Position numbers and translations under genes: made by a program. Positions 57,311 to 64,000 of a stretch of 64,000 nucleotides of DNA are shown piece by piece. The notes below the pieces were generated by a model, which worked only from the letters and a program-made list of their open reading frames with translations, did not search any database and had not been told where the DNA came from. Source of the DNA: Clostridium sp. (GTDB lineage Bacteria > Bacillota > Clostridia > Lachnospirales > Lachnospiraceae); NCBI GenBank assembly GCA_023664325.1, contig JAMPFS010000006.1:13008-77007 (forward strand), given 5' to 3'. Every line of letters starts with the position of its first letter. Positions within the stretch are counted from its first letter, which is position 1.

Positions 57311-58423
57311 ATGTATGATTATTTAGTTGTAGGAGCAGGATTATATGGTTCTGTCTTTGCCCATGAAGCAAAGATGAAGGGGAAGTCTGTCTTAGTGATT
57401 GATAAAAGACCGAACATTGCAGGGAATGTATATACAGAAGCTATAGAGGGTATTCATGTTCACAAATATGGTGCGCATATTTTCCACACAAACAATCAAA
57501 AAGTATGGGAGTATGTAAACCAATTTGCTGTTTTCAATCGGTTTACGAACAGCCCTGTTGCAAACTATAAGGGAGAATTATACAGCCTCCCATTCAATAT
57601 GTACACATTTAATCAAATGTGGGGTGTTACGATTCCGAAAGAAGCTGCGGCAAAGATTGAAGAACAGAGAAAAGAAATCAAGGGGGAACCCCGCAATTTG
57701 GAGGAACAGGCTGTTTCGTTAGTAGGTCGTGACATCTATGAAAAACTGGTAAAAGGTTATACCGAAAAACAGTGGGGGCATGACTGCAGGGAACTCCCTG
57801 CATTTATTATTAAGAGACTGCCGGTGAGGCTTACTTTCGATAACAACTATTTTAATGCACTCTATCAGGGGATTCCCATCGGAGGCTATACGAAAATGGT
57901 GGAGAAAATGCTGGCAGGAATTGAAGTCCGCCTGAATGTGGATTATCTCGAACATAAAGAAGAATATGATGCAATGGCGGAGAAAGTGGTATATACAGGT
58001 CCAATCGATGCTTATTTTGCATATCGGTTGGGAACACTGGAATACCGTTTGGTCCGTTTTGAGACAGAAGTGCTGAATCAGCCGAATTTTCAGGGAAATG
58101 CTGCTGTAAATTATACAGACAGGGAAACCCCGTGGACAAGGATTATTGAACATAAATGGTTTGAATTTGGAAAAGATGAGGCAGGCAACGATTTACCCAA
58201 AACGATTATCAGCCGGGAGTATTCCTCTGAGTGGAAACCGGGGGATGAGCCGTATTATCCGGTAAATGATGTGAAGAATGGAATTTTGTACCGGCAGTAC
58301 AAAGAGCTTGCAGATGCAGAATCGAAAGTAATATTTGGCGGACGTTTAGGGGAATACAAATATTACGATATGGATGCAACGATTGCGGCAGCCTTAGATA
58401 TGTGCAAAATTGAGTTGGGTTAG
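57311..58423 (+). CDS. glf: UDP-galactopyranose mutase
   Basis: YDYLVVGAGLYGSVFA FAD fold, GAHIFHT, YTEKQWG, GRLGEYKYYDMD. Confidence 0.92.
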   Translation: MYDYLVVGAGLYGSVFAHEAKMKGKSVLVIDKRPNIAGNVYTEAIEGIHVHKYGAHIFHTNNQKVWEYVNQFAVFNRFTNSPVANYKGELYSLPFNMYTFNQMWGVTIPKEAAAKIEEQRKEIKGEPRNLEEQAVSLVGRDIYEKLVKGYTEKQWGHDCRELPAFIIKRLPVRLTFDNNYFNALYQGIPIGGYTKMVEKMLAGIEVRLNVDYLEHKEEYDAMAEKVVYTGPIDAYFAYRLGTLEYRLVRFETEVLNQPNFQGNAAVNYTDRETPWTRIIEHKWFEFGKDEAGNDLPKTIISREYSSEWKPGDEPYYPVNDVKNGILYRQYKELADAESKVIFGGRLGEYKYYDMDATIAAALDMCKIELG

Positions 58424-58522
58424 CAAAGGGGCAGCTACTATATAAGCTGCCTAAACGGTAAAGCCCTGGTTAAAAATGAGTTGTGTGGGAACGTGGCTTG
58501 GAATGAAAAGGTTATCAGAATC

Positions 58523-58567
58523 ACAACAAACCTGAAATATTTCGTGAATATTTCAGGTTTGTTGTTT
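58523..58567 (+). terminator. strong rho-independent terminator after glf
   Basis: acaacaaacctgaaatatt tcgtg aatatttcaggtttgttgt, 19-bp perfect stem, then tt. Confidence 0.8.
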
Positions 58568-58592
58568 ACGTATATTAAAAAATTTGTTATAA

Positions 58593-58622
58593 TTGACGAC
58601 ATATTTATCATTAAAACATAAT
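58593..58622 (+). promoter_or_regulatory. candidate promoter of the three-gene cassette
   Basis: TTGACG (58593-58598), 18-nt spacer, CATAAT (58617-58622) in a very AT-rich tract. Confidence 0.35.
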
Positions 58623-58678
58623 AATTATATGGTATTTTTAACCGTTTTATACTGGAAGATAGGTTACATGATATAAGT

Positions 58679-60046
58679 GTGGTGCATATTTTGAAAAATA
58701 AGGGAAAACATAGAGAACGGCTTTACGAATTAAGATATAGAAATAAACTTGAACGTTGTAAGAAAAGGCGGAAGGGAAAGCGCATGGTCGGCATTCATGC
58801 ATGTTCCGATTGTGGATTGGAGAGTAATATCGTCGGTGCTGACTACATGAAAGTTATGACACATTTGTCTAAAAAACAGTTTGGCTTGTCTCCGTTCTTA
58901 TGCCATACAGGAAAAAGGGAAATAATAACGATACCTGAAGTGTTTTCTATATCAGAGAACCCGGAAACGGTTATAAAAATATTACGGCGCATTTATACAA
59001 TAGGAAAAGAGAAGAAAACAACGGAATTGATATTTGACCATGAAAATTGCAAGAGTTTGGGTTTATCTGCAAGCACCATGTTAGATATTATTGTTTTGGC
59101 TGTTGACCGGTATAGGCAGACAATCCGCCATCCGATCGAATATGGAGGTACCATTCCCCGTGACGAGCTGGCAAAAGATATTTTATTAGCAAGTGGTCTT
59201 CCGTATCATTTAAATGCGGAATATTATGCGCAGGTCAATCAGGAACAAATGGAATGTTTTGAAACGGTTAAAGGTGTCTATGATATAGAAGCTAATAAAG
59301 CTGATAAAACTGCCACAGATATGACATTGTATTTTAACAGGTGCCTTAAAACTCAAAATTATGAATTGAACGAGCATGGATTAAATCTTCTGAGTACGAT
59401 GCTTGGTGAAGTAATTGGCAATTGCGAAATCCATGGTGGCGAGGGTTCGACATGGTATACACAGGGACATTATCAAATACAGGAGGGGAATCCCTATGGG
59501 GAAATGCAGTTGTTATTTCTAAACATAGGATCTACAATTTATGATGGTTTAAAGCATGAAGCCAGCGAAGAAACGCAACGCAGGTTAGAATATATTCTAA
59601 AGCGGCAATACAGAAATATTTCTGGTGATTGGGATGAAGAGATGATATATACTGTTTTTGCATTGCAGGAGGGTATTAGCCGATTGCGCGATGGAAATAT
59701 AAAAGGATACTCTAAACGGGGAACAGGAACGGTTAATCTAATTGAATTATTTTATGATATAGGTGAATGTGATAATGGGTTAAAACCTAAAATGTCTATA
59801 CTATCAGGGGCTACTCAAATTATTTTTGATGAACGGTATAAGCTCACGGATGTAAATTTTAAAAACGATATGGCATTTGGAAGTGGTAATAGAAAAATAA
59901 TTGCATTTAATTGTGATAATGACATATACCAGCGTGCTGATAATAAGAATGTAAAAAAATTGAAAGAATATTTTCCAGGTACTGCAATTTCACTAAGATT
60001 TTACTTGGATAGTCGTTATATTGAAAAAAGAAAGGCGGGAAAATAA
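58679..60046 (+). CDS. hypothetical protein with GHKL (SpoIIAB/RsbW-like) ATPase-type C-terminal half; cassette gene 1
   Basis: LGEVIGNCEIHGGEG (N-box-like) and KRGTGTVNLIELF (G2-like); the likely true start is Met 58784, behind ggcggaagggaaag. Confidence 0.45.
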   Translation: MVHILKNKGKHRERLYELRYRNKLERCKKRRKGKRMVGIHACSDCGLESNIVGADYMKVMTHLSKKQFGLSPFLCHTGKREIITIPEVFSISENPETVIKILRRIYTIGKEKKTTELIFDHENCKSLGLSASTMLDIIVLAVDRYRQTIRHPIEYGGTIPRDELAKDILLASGLPYHLNAEYYAQVNQEQMECFETVKGVYDIEANKADKTATDMTLYFNRCLKTQNYELNEHGLNLLSTMLGEVIGNCEIHGGEGSTWYTQGHYQIQEGNPYGEMQLLFLNIGSTIYDGLKHEASEETQRRLEYILKRQYRNISGDWDEEMIYTVFALQEGISRLRDGNIKGYSKRGTGTVNLIELFYDIGECDNGLKPKMSILSGATQIIFDERYKLTDVNFKNDMAFGSGNRKIIAFNCDNDIYQRADNKNVKKLKEYFPGTAISLRFYLDSRYIEKRKAGK

Positions 60047-60047
60047 A

Positions 60048-60389
60048 ATGGCAACAGATATTAAAATATCACCTTACCGTAGAAGTGGTGCAAAGATTTT
60101 TACCAGTAGGGATAATGGAATCAATGCACGTTCAGAATTAGATTTGGATGCTTTGGATCAGAAGTCGGAAATAATTAATGTATTGATTCCTTCGGATACA
60201 TGGAGTATCAATCCTTCCTTTTTTGGCGGATTATTTGAAGACAGCATAAAATTTTATGGGGATGCCTTTGAAACACATTATATTTTTTTATACAATGATA
60301 AATCGGTTTTAAATGAAGCTCTGAAAAAGAATATTGAAAATAATATTAATTATGTCCGGCGTAGTATGAATGAAGGTGATGTAGGTTGA
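60048..60389 (+). CDS. STAS-like (DUF4325-type) small protein; cassette gene 2
   Basis: FTSRDNGINARSELDLD ... VLIPSDTWSINPSFFGGLFEDSI; ATG lies 2 nt after the gene 1 stop, RBS aaaggcggga. Confidence 0.5.
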   Translation: MATDIKISPYRRSGAKIFTSRDNGINARSELDLDALDQKSEIINVLIPSDTWSINPSFFGGLFEDSIKFYGDAFETHYIFLYNDKSVLNEALKKNIENNINYVRRSMNEGDVG

Positions 60390-60913
60390 GTTGGTCACTT
60401 GTATTGGAGGGATTAGGCAATATATCTAATGTAGCAGCAACGGGTTTAGCAGCGTATAGTATTGTGATTACCATCAAAGAATATAACCGCATCAAGAAGA
60501 CAGAACAGGAGCAAATGCTTTCGGCTCAGCAAATGCTTTGGTATAATGAAATTGCATTGCAGGATATCGTAAAAGCGTTGAATGTTTTTATTGAGCATTC
60601 CAACCAAACAATTCATGATATATCGTATGATAAACCAATTGATAATGAAAAGGGAAAAATTTTATATTCAAAAATTGCAGAGGAGTGCAGTGTTATCAAT
60701 GAAAGGCTTATGGGAATGAAAATTTTCGACTATCAATTATATAGAAAATGTGATAGGGTGTTACAGGAAATTCTTGATCAATATGCAAATATAGTTGAAA
60801 GCTTAGTGGAAAAACGGTATTCGTTATATGCAGAACTGTCATCAATTCAAAAATGTAAAGTCGAAATAATGGCATTTCTTTATGAATATGGCAAACGGTT
60901 AACGAACTCTTAG
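60386..60913 (+). CDS. small single-pass membrane protein with helical cytoplasmic tail; cassette gene 3
   Basis: TTG start overlaps the gene 2 TGA (TTGA), RBS gaaggtga; TM segment LVLEGLGNISNVAATGLAAYSIVITI. Confidence 0.5.
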   Translation: MSWSLVLEGLGNISNVAATGLAAYSIVITIKEYNRIKKTEQEQMLSAQQMLWYNEIALQDIVKALNVFIEHSNQTIHDISYDKPIDNEKGKILYSKIAEECSVINERLMGMKIFDYQLYRKCDRVLQEILDQYANIVESLVEKRYSLYAELSSIQKCKVEIMAFLYEYGKRLTNS

Positions 60914-60925
60914 ATAAGGCTTTAT

Positions 60926-60949
60926 GGGAGTCTGCTTTGACAGGCTCCC
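60926..60949 (+). terminator. hairpin closing the cassette (no clear T-run)
   Basis: gggagtctg ctttga caggctccc, 9-bp stem including one G-U pair. Confidence 0.4.
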
Positions 60950-61056
60950 TGATGCCGGTGTTATGCTATAATTTATCAGTGGTTTGAAGCATCCGATATG
61001 GGAGCTGATTGCATGAACCGGGTGCGATTAACAGCCTCACATGCCTAAGATCACTG

Positions 61057-61992
61057 TTATTTCTCTAAAGCCTCTATTTCGCAGATTGACAATCCTGTTT
61101 TTTCGGCAATCGTAGGTTTATCCAGGACATCCAAAAGGTTTTTTGCAACTTCAAGCATCGCCTGTTTGTGACCTTCCTGTAATCCTTCCTGTAATCCTTC
61201 CTGCCAACCTTCTTCACGTCCTTCCCGCATGGCTCGTTTTCGGATGCCAATCTCAATCGCAAGATTGTCTTTGCGGGCTTCACACTGCATTCGGATTTTC
61301 TCGTCTTCACTAAGCTGTGCCATTGTATAGACACATTCGTCAATGGCTTCATTTTGTTCTGCCAGCATATGCAATTCCTCCCAACTTTCTGCACGGAACA
61401 GCCTTGCCCACTGATATAGCTGCGAGTGTTCCTTGTTTTTGGTGACATTTTCGTTGTCAATCTGCCGCAGATTCAGGACAAAAATCCCAAAATCATCCAG
61501 ATAGCGGTTATGGTACTGCGGATTTTCATTGATCAGATAGTATTTGGAGAGAAGCTCCTCCACCCCGTCAAATAAATCAAAATCCAGAATGCTAATCTGC
61601 AGGGCAGGCAATGCATCGGCATAATCCGCCCCTTCGTCCAGGTTGTTGTACGTCCTGCAAAGATAGGTCAGCGACCGCTCTTTCCAGTAAATCTGTTTTA
61701 CAACCTGCATTTCTATGTTGATATACTGCTTTTTGTTTAACAGCAGTTTGATATTCAATACGCAGGTCTTGCTGTTGATTTTCTCCCCAAGCTCAATGGG
61801 GTTGCAGATATCCAGATCCGTTACGTTGTCCGGGTCAATGCCCATAATTGCGCAGATTAAATGTTTCAATACGTTCTTATTTTTTTGCATGACCGCCCGG
61901 AACATATAGTCATTTGTCAGGCGGTAAGGGACTGCACCCTGCATCACTGTGCTGTGGCGCATGTTGTTTGCTTCGTCATTTTTCTTTGCCAT
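61057..61992 (-). CDS. Rpn-family recombination-promoting nuclease / putative transposase (PD-(D/E)XK)
   Basis: LTNDYMFRAVM, CVLNIKL...INIEMQV; C-terminal REGREEGWQEGLQEGLQEG repeats. Confidence 0.75.
   Translation of the reverse strand: MAKKNDEANNMRHSTVMQGAVPYRLTNDYMFRAVMQKNKNVLKHLICAIMGIDPDNVTDLDICNPIELGEKINSKTCVLNIKLLLNKKQYINIEMQVVKQIYWKERSLTYLCRTYNNLDEGADYADALPALQISILDFDLFDGVEELLSKYYLINENPQYHNRYLDDFGIFVLNLRQIDNENVTKNKEHSQLYQWARLFRAESWEELHMLAEQNEAIDECVYTMAQLSEDEKIRMQCEARKDNLAIEIGIRKRAMREGREEGWQEGLQEGLQEGHKQAMLEVAKNLLDVLDKPTIAEKTGLSICEIEALEK
61172..61231 (-). repeat. 12-nt periodic coding repeat inside the Rpn paralog
   Basis: ccttcctgtaat ccttcctgtaat ccttcctgccaa ccttcttcacgt ccttcccgcatg on the plus strand, encoding x-E-G-x tetrapeptide repeats. 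Confidence 0.85.
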
Positions 61993-62225
61993 ATAGTATC
62001 CTCCTTGTTATCGTTCTTCTTTGTGCGTTCTTGCTAAATTGGTAATTGATAATCAGGAAGCGCTATGGCTTGTGTTGGATGTCAGGTCTCATTTTTCTCC
62101 TTTCCTCTCCAGACCGTACCCAAGTGACTTTATTATAAAATATTATAGTGGAAATGGCAATGAGAAATATGGATGAAGCGGATACATAAAGATGTTAGAT
62201 TTATCGGGTTTTGCCAGAAAAGCAG

Positions 62226-62391
62226 TTGTATCATACGCAGAATTAAGATATAATATGAACGCATAGAGCATGAGTGCAGAATGCTACAGATAAGATTTTA
62301 GCCTGCTGGCAGGCAGAAAATTTTATCTGCAGCATTCTATATGAGTGTCAACGAACACCGAAAAACCGTAGGTTTTGAGGTGGACACTCAT
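62226..62391 (+). promoter_or_regulatory. promoter and highly structured 5' leader of the flavodoxin gene
   Basis: TTGTAT-17-TATAAT (62226-62254); hairpin 1 at 62278-62338 (22-nt arms: 20 WC, 1 GU, 1 mismatch); hairpin 2 at 62341-62391 (atgagtgtc/gacactcat with inner aaaacc/ggtttt); an extra atgagtg copy lies at 62269. Confidence 0.55.
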
Positions 62392-62425
62392 ACTTGAAAG
62401 TTCATGATAATAGGAGGATACCCAT

Positions 62426-62881
62426 ATGTCAAAAACATTAGTAGCGTATTTTAGTTATTCGGGAAATGCAAAGGCGGCAGCCGCTAAGGTGGCAGAGCTT
62501 GCAGGAGCAGATTTGTTTGAAATTAAGCCGGAGAATCCATATTCTGCCGATTATCAGGCATGTGTGGATGAGGCGAGAAAGGAACTGCAGGAACATGCAA
62601 GACCGAAGTTAGCGGCAAAGGTAGCGGATATGAGCAGCTATGACCGGATTATTTTAGGCTTTCCCAACTGGTGCAAAACCTGTCCGATGCCTGTTTTATC
62701 ATTTTTAGAGGAATATGACTTAAAAGGCAAAAAGATTGATGCATTTGTCACCAATGGCGGCGGAGGTGTCGGAGACAGTACTGGGGATATCCGAAAAAGC
62801 GCGGCAGGCGCCGAGGTATCCGATGCAGTAAATGGCAATGATTTATCGGATGACAGGATAAAGGAATGGCTGGGATTATAA
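62426..62881 (+). CDS. flavodoxin-family protein
   Basis: LVAYFSYSGNAK FMN-phosphate loop and GFPNWC; 151 aa. Confidence 0.75.
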   Translation: MSKTLVAYFSYSGNAKAAAAKVAELAGADLFEIKPENPYSADYQACVDEARKELQEHARPKLAAKVADMSSYDRIILGFPNWCKTCPMPVLSFLEEYDLKGKKIDAFVTNGGGGVGDSTGDIRKSAAGAEVSDAVNGNDLSDDRIKEWLGL

Positions 62882-62899
62882 GAAAAGACGAATAGAAAT

Positions 62900-62951
62900 A
62901 AAAGACACCCTCCTACCGGAACGATATCGTTCTGAATGGAGGGTGTCTTTT
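62900..62951. terminator. bidirectional terminator
   Basis: aaaagacaccctcc ... ggagggtgtctttt with inner gaacgatatcgttc palindrome. Confidence 0.75.
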
Positions 62952-62953
62952 GC

Positions 62954-63322
62954 TTAATCTAAATCATTGTCGTGTTCGTCACTCATGTATTCACGGTTGG
63001 TAACCCGTTTTGTATCCCGCTGGGTTTCCACAAGCTGTGATAACTGTTCCTTGACATCCTTTGGATTTTTGATGCTTAAAATATCAAAGTCTCCCATGGA
63101 TTTATCGGCAGAACAGCAGTGAATGGTGCCGACACCGAAAATTCTCTGCAAAAAGGATCTGGTTAAAGAGATATCCATAATCCGGTAGAGCCGGACTTCA
63201 TCTTCCTTTTTATTCAGAAATCCCTGCTCAATAAATAACCGTTCTTCTGACAGCATATATTTTGTAAAAGACAGCGGTAATCCAAAGAGGGTTCTTTTTT
63301 TGTCACTCCATAAATAATCCAT
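62954..63322 (-). CDS. bacterial PH-domain-like (YdbS/YdbT-type) soluble protein
   Basis: YMLSEERLFIEQGFLNKKEDEVRLYRIMDISL ... GVGTI pattern; 122 aa. Confidence 0.45.
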   Translation of the reverse strand: MDYLWSDKKRTLFGLPLSFTKYMLSEERLFIEQGFLNKKEDEVRLYRIMDISLTRSFLQRIFGVGTIHCCSADKSMGDFDILSIKNPKDVKEQLSQLVETQRDTKRVTNREYMSDEHDNDLD

Positions 63323-63675
63323 CTTATTTTCCTCCTGATTGATATATGTATTAAATGATTGTAAAACTGTACTTCATTATAATGGATAAATGCCAGGAAA
63401 ACAATAGTTTTCACAAATGCAGAGCATTTTTTGTGGTTTGACCTGCAATATGTCTCAACTTTGGTTTGTAATTGTGGTAAAAATCCGCTAAACTGTCAGG
63501 CGAGGAAAAGGAAGTATTATTATCAAAAATTTTGTAACGAATTTGCTTTTTGTGTGATATATATAGGAACGTTCAAAGCGTGTCGGGATCATACATGAAG
63601 TCGGCAACAGGTTCGCTGCTGGCTGCCAGACAGCGTAAAAAAAGAAAATTGACGGAACCATGAAAAGAGGAGGAG

Positions 63676-64000
63676 ATGGCTATTCAGACAGAGGATATCT
63701 TTCAAAAGCACGGACAAATGGTATATCGGTATCTGCGCAGTTTATGCGGGAATGAAGACTTGGCGGAGGAACTGACACAGGAGACCTTCTATCAGGCAAT
63801 TAAGAGTGCAGACCGATACGATGGCAGTTGTAGTGTATCGACATGGCTCTGTCAGATTGGGAAGCATATGTGGCTTCGGGAACTTCGGAAGAGGAAACGG
63901 TTTTCCGGTCAGGAATTAAGTGAGCAGATACCTTCCGGGGAACAGACACCAGAGGAACATTATCTGCAAAAAAGCCGGATGATGGATGTTATGAAGCGGG
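63676..64000 (+). CDS. ECF-type RNA polymerase sigma factor, 3' end cut by window edge
   Basis: ATG 63676 behind gaggagga; open to the window end; QMVYRYLRSLCGNEDLAEELTQETFYQAIKSADRYDG ... STWLCQIGKHMW (sigma regions 2.1-2.4). Confidence 0.8.
   Translation, partial: MAIQTEDIFQKHGQMVYRYLRSLCGNEDLAEELTQETFYQAIKSADRYDGSCSVSTWLCQIGKHMWLRELRKRKRFSGQELSEQIPSGEQTPEEHYLQKSRMMDVMKR

Noticed and set aside
61172-61231. Periodic 12-nt repeat considered as a CRISPR-like or minisatellite array
   Set aside because: The units are contiguous with no spacers and lie in frame within a CDS, encoding a tetrapeptide repeat. No CRISPR array or cas gene is present anywhere in the window.
61074-61460. 128-aa same-strand but out-of-frame ORF inside the Rpn paralog, considered as an intragenic antitoxin
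   Set aside because: The described Rpn small proteins are in-frame C-terminal products. This ORF is in a different frame, is Arg/Lys/Cys-rich and has no RBS.
62262-62425. FMN or other known riboswitch upstream of the flavodoxin gene
   Set aside because: I could not recognise the conserved core of the FMN or any other riboswitch class I know. It is kept only as an unclassified structured leader.
63560-63675. ECF-type autoregulatory promoter (GGAAC ... CGT) upstream of the sigma factor gene
   Set aside because: GGAAC occurs at about 63566 and 63655, but the spacing to any CGTC-like -10 is wrong, so the call is not supportable by eye.

Overview
This is a 64 kb chromosomal window from a spore-forming Firmicute. 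Gene content, strong GGAGG-type ribosome-binding sites and synteny look Clostridia/Lachnospiraceae-like, which is inference only. I support about 67 protein genes and one tmRNA, and saw no rRNA, tRNA or CRISPR array. Bases 1-34 kb are mostly core: tpiA (5' end cut by the window), a secreted LAS/M15-like peptidase, a GtrB-like/GT-C glycosylation pair, nfnAB, gpmI, eno, secG-rnr-smpB-ssrA, an OmpR/HK pair, cheV, hisHF, a sporulation-flavoured block (LysM, ytfI/ytfJ-like), rpmB, and asp23/DAK2. Bases 34-45 kb look accessory and envelope-stress related. They hold a Bce-type two-component system and its ABC transporter, split by three unrelated genes and a gene remnant, plus a BlaI/BlaR1-like pair with a non-PBP sensor domain. 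Bases 45-58 kb are a visibly AT-rich Wzx/Wzy glycan locus headed by a NusG paralog (LoaP-like), containing an unusual sugar-activation module. At 56-62 kb, two Rpn-family (PD-(D/E)XK, transposase-like) paralogs bracket glf and a self-contained, translationally coupled three-gene cassette: a GHKL/anti-sigma-kinase-like ATPase, a STAS-like protein and a small membrane protein. I cannot assign this cassette to any named system, and it is my top candidate for something new. All family calls rest on motif recognition by eye. No searches were run, and GC statements are qualitative.
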